Notes under the pieces: model-generated
The model's input: only the letters and a program-made list of their open reading frames with translations
What the model was told of the DNA's origin: nothing
Database searches by the model: none
In this document: piece by piece, positions 1 to 9,849 of the stretch
Numbering within the stretch: the first letter of the stretch is position 1
Layout: each line of letters opens with the position of its first letter
Position numbers and translations under genes: made by a program
Source of the DNA: an uncultured Acidimicrobiia bacterium
GTDB taxonomy: Bacteria; Actinomycetota; Acidimicrobiia; Spongiisociales; UBA5794
Reading direction: 5' to 3'
Length of the DNA: 64,000 nucleotides
Assembly (NCBI GenBank): GCA_963792405.1
Contig: CAWBVU010000005.1
Coordinates: 288,815-352,814 of the forward strand

Positions 1-1
1 T

Positions 2-262
2 ATCTCATCTCCGCCGTACCGATGGCCGTGCTTCTATGGCATGGACACCGGCGACCGATCGACCCTGCTGGCCGCGGACCGGACCGTGGACGAGATCACC
101 GAGCACCTGGGTGTCGATTCGCTCGTCTACCTCGACCTCGAGAATCTCATCAAGGCGACGGGGGCGGACGCCGACGCCTTCTGCACGGCGTGCCTTTCGG
201 GGGACTACCCCACCGACGTCCCCCTCGCCGACGGCAAGTTCCTCCTCGAACGGACATCATGA
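2..262 (+). CDS. purF: amidophosphoribosyltransferase, C-terminal part (5' truncated by window)
   Basis: Frame from nt 2 reads ISSPPYRWPCFYGMDT...LGVDSLVYLDLE...FCTACLSGDYP, the typical PurF C-terminus with Fe-S cysteines; ATGA overlap with purM. Confidence 0.95.
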   Translation: MSSPPYRWPCFYGMDTGDRSTLLAADRTVDEITEHLGVDSLVYLDLENLIKATGADADAFCTACLSGDYPTDVPLADGKFLLERTS

Positions 263-1275
263 CGAGCTACGAGAAGGCAGGCGTCAACCTCGACGCGGCA
301 GACGAGCTGGTCGAACGGATCGGCTGGCGGGTGACCTCCACGTGGACCGAGGACGTCGTGGGCGGTTTCGGCGGCTTCGCCGCCGGCCTCCAGATCCCCG
401 CCGGCTTCGAGATCCCCGTGCTGATGATGTCCACCGACGGCGTGGGGACCAAGGCGGAACTGGCGCGGCAGACCAGGATCGTCAGCGGGCTGGGCTACGA
501 CCTCGTCGCGATGGTGGCGGACGATCTCGCAGCCGCGGGTGCCCAGCCGATCGCGATGACCGACTACATCTCCATGGGGCGGCTCCACGTCGACCTCGTC
601 GAGGCGCTCATCGAGTCGATCACGGACGCGTGCACCGAATCGGACATCGCCCTGCTCGGTGGTGAGACCGCAGAGCATCCGGGGGTGATGGCCCCGGACC
701 AGTTCGACCTGTCCGCCACCGCCCTCGGCATCGTCGAGATGGGGGACGAGGTCGACCCGGGGAAGGTGGGGCCCGGCGACGTGATCGTCGGGGTGAAGAG
801 CCCCAACCTCCGCTCGAACGGGTATTCGCTCGTACGCGCCATCGTGGCCACGCACCTCCCGCTCGACACCGACTTCCCCGACACGTCCACCCCCACGGCC
901 GAGATCCTGATGGAGCCGAGCATCGTGTACTCGTCTGCCGTGGTCAACATGCTCGCCCGTGTCCGCCCGCACGGTCTGGCCCACGTCACCGGAGGCGGCC
1001 TCCCGGGGAACGTCATCCGCGTCCTGCCCGAGGGCTCGCGGGCCGTGATCGAGCGCTCCCGGTGGGAGGTGCCGCACGTCTTCCGTGTCCTCCAGCGTGT
1101 TGGCGGCATCCCCACCGGCGACATGTTCCGCACCTTCAACATGGGCATCGGGTTCACCGCCGTCGTGGACGAGGACGATGTGGACGCGACGCTCAGGGCG
1201 TTCGAGATCAGCGAGCTCGAGGCCGATGTCATCGGACGCGTCGTCGACGGCGACCGCGGCGTCGAGATCCGCTGA
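259..1275 (+). CDS. purM: phosphoribosylformylglycinamidine cyclo-ligase (AIR synthase)
   Basis: SYEKAGVN, GGFGGFA, STDGVGTK, GGETAEHPG, AHVTGGG, TFNMGIGF motifs; ATG 259 overlaps purF stop. Confidence 0.97.
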   Translation: MTSYEKAGVNLDAADELVERIGWRVTSTWTEDVVGGFGGFAAGLQIPAGFEIPVLMMSTDGVGTKAELARQTRIVSGLGYDLVAMVADDLAAAGAQPIAMTDYISMGRLHVDLVEALIESITDACTESDIALLGGETAEHPGVMAPDQFDLSATALGIVEMGDEVDPGKVGPGDVIVGVKSPNLRSNGYSLVRAIVATHLPLDTDFPDTSTPTAEILMEPSIVYSSAVVNMLARVRPHGLAHVTGGGLPGNVIRVLPEGSRAVIERSRWEVPHVFRVLQRVGGIPTGDMFRTFNMGIGFTAVVDEDDVDATLRAFEISELEADVIGRVVDGDRGVEIR

Positions 1276-1403
1276 CGCCTGACGGTCCCTGCGTCACGGC
1301 GCAGGGTGCCCCCACATCCACGCGAGAATCGGGAGGGCATGCAGAAGCGACGGGCCGTGTGGGAGACTCGGGGTAGGCATCGCCGACCAGGATCGGGGTG
1401 GAG

Positions 1404-2027
1404 ATGAGCGTGCAGAGCGGATATCCCGTCGATTTCGTGGTTCCGGTCGACAGCGAGGACCGTAGCCGGGCACTCGCCGCGCTGGGTGCGCTGCTGTTCG
1501 CGAAGACGATCCTCATCATCCCCCACCTGTTCCTCCTGCTGCTCTATGGCTTCGTGGTCCAGGTCGTCGTGTGGATCGGCTACTGGTACATCCTCATCCA
1601 GGGAGGCAAGCCGTTCTGGGTGGAGAACCTCGAGCTGATCTTCCTCGAGTGGACGAGCCGCGTCTTCGCCTGGTGGACCAGCACCACCGACGTGTATCCC
1701 ACGTTCGGCACCGACGAGCACCACCCCGCACAGGTGCTCGTCGAGGAGGCGCCCGAACCCCAGAGCCGCTGGCTCGCCCTCGCCGGCATTCTCCTGATCC
1801 GTGCGGCGCTGGCACTGCCCCACCTGTTCATCCTCGCCTGGCTCACGCTCGGCACGATCGTCCTCGCCTGGTACGGCTATGCGGTGATCCTCGTCACCGG
1901 CCAGCTGCCGCTCTACCTGCATTGGTACTTCGTCGGGTTCCACCAGTGGTGGGCCAGGACCTGGGCGTGGATCGCGGGCATCACCGACATCTACCCACCG
2001 TTCACGCTGATGCCCGACCGGGACTGA
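1404..2027 (+). CDS. DUF4389-type membrane protein (two tandem domains)
   Basis: Two copies of the SR..A...ILLIPH....TD.YP.F pattern with hydrophobic helices. Confidence 0.75.
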   Translation: MSVQSGYPVDFVVPVDSEDRSRALAALGALLFAKTILIIPHLFLLLLYGFVVQVVVWIGYWYILIQGGKPFWVENLELIFLEWTSRVFAWWTSTTDVYPTFGTDEHHPAQVLVEEAPEPQSRWLALAGILLIRAALALPHLFILAWLTLGTIVLAWYGYAVILVTGQLPLYLHWYFVGFHQWWARTWAWIAGITDIYPPFTLMPDRD

Positions 2028-2032
2028 GCGGA

Positions 2033-3010
2033 TCAGCCCTCCGCCGACGCAGCGGGAACGTCGGCGTGCCGGCGTGACCCCCTCAGGAACAGCCGGAACA
2101 CGAGGTAGGCGAAGAGCACGAGGATGCCGATCGGGATCGCGACCGCGGCAGCCACGATGAGGAACGACACCGTCGCGAGCAACACCTCACCTGCCTGGTC
2201 GAAGGCCTGCGAGATCATGCCGGGCTCACCCGGCTCGACCACCGGCATGGGACCGTCGGAGGGCACCTCGGTGATGCCGACGGTGAGGGTGGCGAAGTCG
2301 GTGCGTGCGTCGAGGTAGCGCAGCCTCCCCTCGATCTGCTCGATGTTCAGCAATACGTCCTGCATGCGGGTCTGGAGGGTGACGAGGTCCTCGATCGTCG
2401 TGGCCTCCTGCATGAGCCTCGTGTAGAACGCCTCCTGCTCGCGCCAGTAGTCGAGGCGCCCCTCGAGGTCGACGTACTCCTCGGTCACGTCCTGGCTCGA
2501 CAGGGAGGACGACACCCTCTCGCCGAGCTGCTCGATGCGGTCGACGGCATCGTCGAATCGGTCGGTGGGGATCCTCAGCGTGAACCAGCCGAGGGCGTAC
2601 CGTGAATCGTCGTACTCCTCGATCCGGGACTCGCCAGACGACACGTACCCGCCGAGGTCCGCGGCGATCGCCCTCAACTGGGCAGCGGAGGTGTCGAAGG
2701 TGCCGGGATCGATCCGGAGGTCGACGCTGCCGTCCCTGATGACCTTGGCGTCGTACCCCGGGCCTGCGACGGGCTGGAACACGACGGCACCATCCTCCGA
2801 GGTGACCTGGTAGGTGTCCCCTCCGCCGAGGGCGCGTGCGGCCTCGCCTTCGGTGGCCTGGGCGGCGATGGTCGTCTGGGGACTCACCTCGCCCGTCACG
2901 GCATCGTCGCCCCGATCCGACGAACAGGCGGCGACGATCATCGAGACGATGGCGACGAGGACGAGGCCACTGGCCCATCGTCCTGTCGGGATCAGCTTCG
3001 CTCGGTTCAT
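2033..3010 (-). CDS. DUF4349-type lipoprotein
   Basis: GGAGAG RBS before ATG 3010; lipobox IVAAC; LGGYV, LRIP, SQDVTEEYVDLEGRL, IEQIEGRLRYL; C-terminal TM helix. Confidence 0.85.
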   Translation of the reverse strand: MNRAKLIPTGRWASGLVLVAIVSMIVAACSSDRGDDAVTGEVSPQTTIAAQATEGEAARALGGGDTYQVTSEDGAVVFQPVAGPGYDAKVIRDGSVDLRIDPGTFDTSAAQLRAIAADLGGYVSSGESRIEEYDDSRYALGWFTLRIPTDRFDDAVDRIEQLGERVSSSLSSQDVTEEYVDLEGRLDYWREQEAFYTRLMQEATTIEDLVTLQTRMQDVLLNIEQIEGRLRYLDARTDFATLTVGITEVPSDGPMPVVEPGEPGMISQAFDQAGEVLLATVSFLIVAAAVAIPIGILVLFAYLVFRLFLRGSRRHADVPAASAEG

Positions 3011-3184
3011 GGCTCTCTCCCACTTCCGTTGCGCTGACACGTGGACCGGCGATGCGCGCTCCCCATGACCGGCCATCGGTAGGACGGCCCCGAAGGGCGA
3101 TCGGGTTCCCCCCTGCACGAAGGGGAGGAGCCGAGGCGGCCCCCGACCACCCCCCAGCACTGGGGTAGCTGATACCTTGTGGCC

Positions 3185-4042
3185 ATGACCCGTGCATCGC
3201 TCCCCTCCTCAGATGTCCTCTCCGTCGAGTTCGATGGCCATGTCGCCGTCGTATGGCTCGACCGCCCCGACGCACGCAACGCCTTCGCACCCGACTTCTG
3301 GCGGGACTTCCCCGAGATGATGGACGCGCTCAGCGACGATCCCGGGACCAGGGCCGTGGTGATCGCCGCGCGGGGGCCGTCGTTCACCGTCGGGATCGAT
3401 CTGAAGGCGTTCGGCCCCGCGCTCGTCTCGGGAGGTATCGACCCCGCCTCGATCGACCCGTCGGCGTCCGAGGTGACGAGGCGCATGGCGCTCTACCGAT
3501 CGATCAAAGACTTGCAGCGCACCTTCAGCTCGATCGCCGACTGCGCGAAGCCCGTGATCGCAGCCGTCCACGGCCACTGCATCGGCGCGGGCGTGGACCT
3601 CATCACCGCGTGTGACATCCGGTACGCGTCGGAGGACGCGACCTTCTCCGTGCGCGAGACGCGGCTCGCGATGGTCGCCGACGTCGGGACCCTCCAGCGA
3701 CTCCCGAGGATCGTCGACCCGGGCCGCGTTGCGGAGATCGTCTACACGGGCCGAGACTTCGACGCGGCAGAGGCGCTCGCGATGGGACTCGTCACGAGGA
3801 CCGCGCCCTCCCCGGACGCCGTCCTCGCGCTCGCACGTGAGATGGCACAGCACATCGCGGCGAATTCGCCCCTCGCCGTGCAGGGAGCAAAGGCCGTCCT
3901 CAAAGCGGGTGAGGACCTGTCCATCCAGCAGCACCTCGACTACGTCGCCCTGTGGAACAGCTCGTTCCTGACGTCACGAGACCTGACCGAAGCCGCGATG
4001 GCCTTCATCGAGAAGCGCGATCCTGACTTCGCCGGGCAGTGA
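3185..4042 (+). CDS. crotonase/enoyl-CoA hydratase family protein (dienoyl-CoA isomerase-like)
   Basis: LDRPDARNA, FTVGIDL, KPVIAAVHGHCIGAGVDLITACDIRYA, ADVGTLQRLP; TACCTT -10 six nt before ATG. Confidence 0.92.
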   Translation: MTRASLPSSDVLSVEFDGHVAVVWLDRPDARNAFAPDFWRDFPEMMDALSDDPGTRAVVIAARGPSFTVGIDLKAFGPALVSGGIDPASIDPSASEVTRRMALYRSIKDLQRTFSSIADCAKPVIAAVHGHCIGAGVDLITACDIRYASEDATFSVRETRLAMVADVGTLQRLPRIVDPGRVAEIVYTGRDFDAAEALAMGLVTRTAPSPDAVLALAREMAQHIAANSPLAVQGAKAVLKAGEDLSIQQHLDYVALWNSSFLTSRDLTEAAMAFIEKRDPDFAGQ

Positions 4043-4093
4043 CGCGAACGAGGTCGACCCTCGCAGCCCCTGCGGCCTCGGTACCATCGGAGT

Positions 4094-4144
4094 ATGCAGC
4101 GCATGCCCCGTGATCATCGTCGTCACCTCTTCGCCGCTCCGTAG
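4094..4144 (+). CDS. putative leaderless leader peptide MQRMPRDHRRHLFAAP
   Basis: TACCAT -10 at 4082-4087, six nt before ATG; its 3' end contains CTCCGT, complementary to the downstream gene's SD ACGGAG. Confidence 0.5.
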   Translation: MQRMPRDHRRHLFAAP

Positions 4145-4197
4145 GGGCAGGGACGACACGCTTCCGACCCACCGCACGCGACCGAACGGAGACACCA

Positions 4198-5466
4198 TTG
4201 ACCGACCTCACGACACGCTTCCGCAAGATCATCGCCCCTGTCATCGCCTACGACAACGAGATCGAGATCATCGAGGGCAAGGGCAGCTGGGTCACGGACG
4301 CCACGGGCAAGCAGTACCTCGACTTCGCCTGCGGCATCGCCACCACCAACCTCGGTCACCGTCCTGACGACGTGGTCGCCGCCGCCCAGGCCCAGCTCAA
4401 CAAGCTGTGGCACGCGGGCGGCGCGTTCATGTACGAACCGATCGTGGACGCCGCGGAAGCCATCGTGAGCGTTGCTCCGGACGGCATCGAGAAGATCTTC
4501 TTCATGAACTCGGGGGCAGAGGCCGTCGAGGCGTCCGTGAAGCTGGCTCGGAAGGTGTCGGGCCGCCAGGGCGTCATCACCTTCCGAGGTGGGTTCCACG
4601 GCCGCACCATGGGGTCCGTGACCTACACGACGTCGAAGGCGAAGTATCGGCAGGGCTACCACCCGCTGCTGCCCTCGACGTTCGTGGTGCCCTTCCCGCA
4701 TCCCTTCGGATGGGGCATGACCCAGGAGGAGGCGAACGAGTACGCCCTCCGGGAACTCGCGATGAAGTTCCGCTACGAGGTCACGCCGGGTGAGATCGCC
4801 GCATTCCTCATCGAGCCCATGCAGGGTGAAGGCGGCTACTACCCGGCGAGCAGCGCGTTCCTCCACGCCATCAGGGACATCGCCGACCAGCACGGCATCC
4901 TCCTGATCGTCGACGAGGTCCAGACCGGTTTCGGTCGCACGGGTGACTGGTTCACGTCCCAGGTGTACGACGTCCGCCCCGACATCATGGTGATGGGCAA
5001 GGCGATCGCCAATGGGCTCCCCCTCTCGGCGGTGGCCTCCTCGGCAGCCGTGATGGACAAGTGGCTCCCCGGGTCGCACGGGACCACATTCGGCGGGAAC
5101 CCCGTCTCGTGCGCGGCCTCGGCGGCGACCGTCGCAGGTCTTCGGGACGTCATCCCCGGTGTCGCGGCGCGGTCCGACCACGCATTCTCACGCTGGAATC
5201 ACCTCAAGCATGCCCACCCTGCGATCGGCGACGTCAGGGGCCTCGGGCTGATGATCGGCATCGAGCTGGTGAAGGACGATGGGACCCCGGATCCCGACGC
5301 CTTCGCCACGATCTCGAGGCACGCGCTCGATGCGGGGATGTTCATCCTCAACTGCGGGCCAGATGGCAACGTGATTCGCTTCATCCCACCGCTCAACGTC
5401 TCATTCGAGGATCTCGACCAGGGCATCGACATCCTCGCTGACGGCATCGCCGCCCACGAGGGCTGA
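4198..5466 (+). CDS. gabT: class III PLP aminotransferase, 4-aminobutyrate aminotransferase-like
   Basis: YLDFACGIA, NSGAEAVE, FHGRT, EPMQGEGGY, DEVQTGFGRTG, GKAIANGLPL, HGTTFGGNP; TTG start after ACGGAG SD. Confidence 0.8.
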   Translation: MTDLTTRFRKIIAPVIAYDNEIEIIEGKGSWVTDATGKQYLDFACGIATTNLGHRPDDVVAAAQAQLNKLWHAGGAFMYEPIVDAAEAIVSVAPDGIEKIFFMNSGAEAVEASVKLARKVSGRQGVITFRGGFHGRTMGSVTYTTSKAKYRQGYHPLLPSTFVVPFPHPFGWGMTQEEANEYALRELAMKFRYEVTPGEIAAFLIEPMQGEGGYYPASSAFLHAIRDIADQHGILLIVDEVQTGFGRTGDWFTSQVYDVRPDIMVMGKAIANGLPLSAVASSAAVMDKWLPGSHGTTFGGNPVSCAASAATVAGLRDVIPGVAARSDHAFSRWNHLKHAHPAIGDVRGLGLMIGIELVKDDGTPDPDAFATISRHALDAGMFILNCGPDGNVIRFIPPLNVSFEDLDQGIDILADGIAAHEG

Positions 5467-5487
5467 CGCGATCGGCGACCGCGCGCA

Positions 5488-5514
5488 TGAGCCCCGGCTC
5501 TCCGCCGGGGCTCA
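5488..5514. terminator. GC-rich hairpin between convergent genes
   Basis: 11-bp perfect inverted repeat TGAGCCCCGGC/GCCGGGGCTCA with 5-nt loop. Confidence 0.7.
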
Positions 5515-5571
5515 CCGTGTCGGCGTCGCATTGCCGCTCCGGCGCCCGGTCGCTGCCGGGCGATGCGGAGG

Positions 5572-5760
5572 CTATTCGTCCGTGAGGACGCCGCGGAGGC
5601 GGGGATACCTCACCGGTCGGTGCGTGTGGCAGAACTCGGCCCTGTTGTAGCGGGACAGGAGCGTCGTGCAGTCGGTGTGTGCGCAGGTGCGCTCCTCGTC
5701 GTACGTCTTGGGCCGGCGGGAACGCCCCTTGGGCCGCGAGGCCTTGAGGATGTCGGACAT
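5572..5760 (-). CDS. small basic Cys/His protein (62 aa), putative zinc binder
   Basis: AGAAAGG RBS before ATG 5760; C-x4-C...C-x2-H; own TAGAAT -10 near 5852-5857. Confidence 0.7.
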   Translation of the reverse strand: MSDILKASRPKGRSRRPKTYDEERTCAHTDCTTLLSRYNRAEFCHTHRPVRYPRLRGVLTDE

Positions 5761-5858
5761 TGGTAGCTGTGCCTTTCTTCTGCCTTCAGCAGGCACCGCC
5801 ACACGCGTCGGACCGCGCGCAGCCGCGCCCGGGAGATCTCGGGTGGGCGGGATTCTAC

Positions 5859-7370
5859 TTACGCGGTCCCTGAAGGTGCAAAACCAGAGGATGAACCCCG
5901 TTCGCCCACGGTGTCGGCTCCCCGGGTCCCCGGGGCGATGATGCCGAAGGCACCCAGTGCCATGGCGAGGAAAGCGAGCCAGTCCCCGAGCCGAACCCAC
6001 AGGGTCGGTGGGTTCGCACTGAACCTGAGCGAACCGTAGAGGACGGTCTCGACCAACTGGTCCGTGGTCTCGCCCACCTCGCCTCCCCCCGTGATGAAGG
6101 TCGACTTCCCCGTGATCGACGCGTATGCGGTGTCGAGGCCGATCGCTGCAGCGTTGACCTTGACCATGGCGATCGCCTGATCGGTCGCGGGCGACCTCCC
6201 GTACGACGACGTGTTGGTCGTGACCACCATCGCGTTGGCCCCTGCCCTCGTGGTCGAGCGCATGGACCGCGCAAACGAGCCCTCGAACGAGATGACCGAT
6301 CCGAGGTTGCCGACCTCGGTGGGGAAGACGACGGGATCCACTCCCCTGATCATGTCCCTCGGTACGCGGTCGAGCTGGGGCACGAAATCGAACAGGCCAC
6401 GGAGGGGGACGAACTCGCCGAAGGGCACGGGGTGGCGCTTCTGGTATTCCCCCACCTTGACGCCGTCCGGCGAGTAGAGGATGTTCACGTTGTAGAAGAA
6501 GTCGTCGCCCTCGACCCTGGTGCCGGAGACGAGGATGTAGGCATCGAGCCTCCTTGCCTGCTCAATGATCTGGTTGCGCACCGCCTCATTGCCCTCGGGC
6601 TCGAATGGGCTCCCTGTGGAGTTCTCCGGCCAGATCACCAGCTCGACTGAGCCCTCGGGGATGGACTGGGTCAACTCGAGATGGCGTGCGAAGATGCGTT
6701 CGTTCTCGTTCTGACAGCGCGTCTGCGGGCAAGGGGAACCACCCTGGACGATGGCGGTGCGCCACACCTGCGCACTCGGTGCAGGGGCGAAGAAGGCGCC
6801 TCCCACCATGAGGAGCAGGATCACGCTCCCCGCGTCCACGACCATGCGCCAATCGCGATGGTGCTCGATGACGAGGGCCGCACCCGCGGCGAACGCGACC
6901 ACGAGGACGGTCCAGCCTGCGGGCCCGACCCATTGGACGGACCCGATCGCACCCGGGAGGCCCGCCGCGGGATAGCCGATGTCCCCCCAGGGGAAGCCCC
7001 CGAAGGGGAAGCGCCCCCTGAGGAACTCCATCACGACCCATCCCCCCGTGGCGATCAGCCACCAGCGCCACGCAGGCCAGAGTCGGAAGACCCAGATCAA
7101 GAACGCGTAGGAGGCGGTGAACGCGCCCATCACGATCGAGAGGGGGAACCAGGCCACGAAGCCGAGCACCATGAGCCAGTTCAGGAGCAACCCGAAGAAC
7201 GCCGCCCCCCAGATCCATCCGAGTGCGGTCGCCACGAGTGGACGTTCCACGGATCGGATGGCGAGGAAGAACGGCACCGGAGCGACGAACGCCAACGGTC
7301 CGAATCCGATCGGGGGAAACGCCGCCCACATGAGCACGGAGCTCGCTGCGACGAGCGCGAGGGGCACCAT
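5859..7370 (-). CDS. lnt: apolipoprotein N-acyltransferase
   Basis: Multi-TM N-terminus with PFGGFPW; nitrilase domain IWPENS, YQKRHPVPFGEFVP, VISFE (Ser at the usual Cys nucleophile position). Confidence 0.93.
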   Translation of the reverse strand: MVPLALVAASSVLMWAAFPPIGFGPLAFVAPVPFFLAIRSVERPLVATALGWIWGAAFFGLLLNWLMVLGFVAWFPLSIVMGAFTASYAFLIWVFRLWPAWRWWLIATGGWVVMEFLRGRFPFGGFPWGDIGYPAAGLPGAIGSVQWVGPAGWTVLVVAFAAGAALVIEHHRDWRMVVDAGSVILLLMVGGAFFAPAPSAQVWRTAIVQGGSPCPQTRCQNENERIFARHLELTQSIPEGSVELVIWPENSTGSPFEPEGNEAVRNQIIEQARRLDAYILVSGTRVEGDDFFYNVNILYSPDGVKVGEYQKRHPVPFGEFVPLRGLFDFVPQLDRVPRDMIRGVDPVVFPTEVGNLGSVISFEGSFARSMRSTTRAGANAMVVTTNTSSYGRSPATDQAIAMVKVNAAAIGLDTAYASITGKSTFITGGGEVGETTDQLVETVLYGSLRFSANPPTLWVRLGDWLAFLAMALGAFGIIAPGTRGADTVGERGSSSGFAPSGTA

Positions 7371-7435
7371 GGGTTGGAAGGATAGGAGTGGGGTCGGCTT
7401 CGTGCTGGCGCGCCTTTGTGCGTAGCATCGCCTTC

Positions 7436-8227
7436 ATGGACGATCTCCACGTCGCGATCGAGGCCGCACACGCCGGTGGAACGATCGTCAAGCGATTCTT
7501 CGGGGCCCCGGCCGATCCGAGCTACAAGGGCAGGTTCGATCCGGTCACCGCGGTCGACCGCGCATCCGAGGAGGCCATCGTCGGCCTGATCCGCGCCGAG
7601 CGACCGGACGATGGGATGCTCGCCGAGGAGGCGGGAGGGGCCACGTCGGAGGGCCGCCACTGGATCGTCGACCCGCTCGACGGCACGGTCAACTTCGTCC
7701 ACGGCATCCCCCAGGTGTCCATCTCGGTCGCCCTGTACGAGGGGAACCGACCGATCGTCGGCGTCGTGTACGACCCCTTGCGCGACGAGCTGTTCACCGC
7801 CGTGGCGGGTGAGGGCGCACGACTCAACGGCCACATGATCTCCGTGTCGGCGGAGGCCGATCTGGCCCGGTCCGTGGTCGCGACCGGCTTCCCCTATGAC
7901 CACGACGAGCACGCGGACGATCTCAGCGTCGTGCTCCGGGAGGTCCTCCGCAGGGTGAACGGGATCCGACGCCTCGGGTCTGCGGCCCTCGACCTCGCGT
8001 GGGTGGCGGCGGGGCGGTACGAGGGGTACTGGGAACTCGGTATCGCGCCATGGGACGGCGCGGCGGGCATGGTGCTCGTCCGCGAGGCGGGCGGAAGGGT
8101 CACGGATCCCCTCGGACGGGACTCGACGCCCCACATGGGCATCGTCGTGGCGACCAATGGCCACGTCCACGAGGAGTTGCGGACGATCGTCGAATCGTGG
8201 ATGCCGATGCGCCTGGTGGATCCTTGA
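7436..8227 (+). CDS. suhB: inositol monophosphatase family protein
   Basis: DPVTAVDRASE, WIVDPLDGTVNF, RRLGSAALDLAWVA, PWDGAAG; leaderless TAGCAT -10. Confidence 0.9.
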   Translation: MDDLHVAIEAAHAGGTIVKRFFGAPADPSYKGRFDPVTAVDRASEEAIVGLIRAERPDDGMLAEEAGGATSEGRHWIVDPLDGTVNFVHGIPQVSISVALYEGNRPIVGVVYDPLRDELFTAVAGEGARLNGHMISVSAEADLARSVVATGFPYDHDEHADDLSVVLREVLRRVNGIRRLGSAALDLAWVAAGRYEGYWELGIAPWDGAAGMVLVREAGGRVTDPLGRDSTPHMGIVVATNGHVHEELRTIVESWMPMRLVDP

Positions 8228-9792
8228 CCACGTTGATCTCGGCCGAGGCGGTCGTCACCGCCCACGGCACGGTCGGGAACGCCGTACTGGTTGAGGGGGG
8301 GCGCGTCGTCGCGGTGGGGGACCATGCCGACCTCGCCGGGCCTCACGTCGTCGAGGAGCGCTACCCGGGCGCCTACCTCACGCCGGGGTTCCGCGATGCG
8401 CACCTCCACGCCGCTCCCTATGCCTCGCTCCTCGCAGGATGCTCGCTCAAGGCCGCGCGCTCGATGGACGATCTCGTCGCGCGCCTGTCCGAGCATGCGG
8501 CCTCCGTCCCCGCGGGTGCACCGGTCATCGCCACGAGATTCGACGACGAGCACCTCGCCGAGCGAAGGCTTCCGACGCGGGCCGACCTCGATCGCGCCGT
8601 CCCGGACCGCCCTGCGGTGATCTACCGGTATTGCGGCCACATCGCGGTGGCGAACTCCGCCGCCCTGGAGGCGTCAGGTGTGGGAGCGGGCACACCCGAC
8701 CCCGATGGTGGGTCGATCGACAGGGACGATGACGGTGTGCCGAACGGGATACTGCGCGAGACGGCGTCGGGCCTGATCGCCCCTGCCCTGTCACGCGGCG
8801 GCGCCCTCGACCCCGGCCAGCTGATCTCGGGACTCGAACGACTGGCGTCCCTCGGCCTCACGTCGATCGGGACCATGATCGGATACGGCGAGCGCCCCTC
8901 CGAGATGCTCGAGGCGGAGGTGGAGCTGTGGGCGGAGATCGGGAGGCAGCTCCCGATCCGGGTCCACGGCATCGTGATCACCGATCACGCCGACCAACTC
9001 ACATGGGCAGCGCGGACGCTCTCGATGGCAGGGCCGAGGATGCGCTGGCTCGGGGTGAAGCGGTTCGCGGACGGCAGCCTCGGCGGCCACACGGCGGCGA
9101 TGCATGAGCCCTTCGCCGACCTCGGCACGCGGGGGACCTATCGCCTCACCGATGCCGACGAGGCCATCGCGCGAAGGTCGCTCGACCTCGGGGGGATGGT
9201 CGCCATCCATGCCATCGGTGACCGGGCCGTTGGCGGCGTCCTCGACCTGTATCGCCGCCTCCTCGAAGACGGCGCAGACCCCGGCGCGCTTCGCATGGAG
9301 CACGTGTCGGTGATCGATCCCGTCCAGGTCACCACGTTTGCCGACCTCGGCATCACGGCATGCATCCAGCCCGCGTTCCTCGCCTCCGAGTCCGACTGGC
9401 TCGTGGCGAGGGTCGGTACCGAACGCGAGCCCTGGGTCTACCCGTTCCGGTCGATGTGGGATGCGGGGATCCCGCTCGCGGGCTCGTCGGACTGCCCCGT
9501 CGAGCCGCCGCACCCCCTCTGGGGCATGGCAGCGGCGGTGGACCGGCACGGCATCTCGCCATCGGAGGCCCTCGCACCGTGGGAAGCCCTCCACCTCTTC
9601 ACCGACGGAGCCGCCCGCGCCCTGCGTGAGCCCATGCCACTCGCCGTGGGATCGCCCGCCGACCTGGTCGTCATCGACACCGAACTGACCCGCGCCGATG
9701 CCCGTGGGATCAGGGATGCAACGGTGATCGACACGTACGTCGAAGGTGAGCCGCTGGTGCTGGACCGCTCGACCCCGGTGTGGGTGGACTGA
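8224..9792 (+). CDS. amidohydrolase family protein (YtcJ-like)
   Basis: PGFRDAHLH, GHIAVANSAAL, KRFADGSLGGHTA, IHAIGDRA, RMEH, GSSDCPV; TTG start overlaps suhB stop. Confidence 0.88.
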   Translation: MTTLISAEAVVTAHGTVGNAVLVEGGRVVAVGDHADLAGPHVVEERYPGAYLTPGFRDAHLHAAPYASLLAGCSLKAARSMDDLVARLSEHAASVPAGAPVIATRFDDEHLAERRLPTRADLDRAVPDRPAVIYRYCGHIAVANSAALEASGVGAGTPDPDGGSIDRDDDGVPNGILRETASGLIAPALSRGGALDPGQLISGLERLASLGLTSIGTMIGYGERPSEMLEAEVELWAEIGRQLPIRVHGIVITDHADQLTWAARTLSMAGPRMRWLGVKRFADGSLGGHTAAMHEPFADLGTRGTYRLTDADEAIARRSLDLGGMVAIHAIGDRAVGGVLDLYRRLLEDGADPGALRMEHVSVIDPVQVTTFADLGITACIQPAFLASESDWLVARVGTEREPWVYPFRSMWDAGIPLAGSSDCPVEPPHPLWGMAAAVDRHGISPSEALAPWEALHLFTDGAARALREPMPLAVGSPADLVVIDTELTRADARGIRDATVIDTYVEGEPLVLDRSTPVWVD

Positions 9793-9849
9793 CGGTCGCA
9801 GCGCTGAGAAGGCGCCGTCGCACACGGACCGAACGGATCCGCCCCGGTC

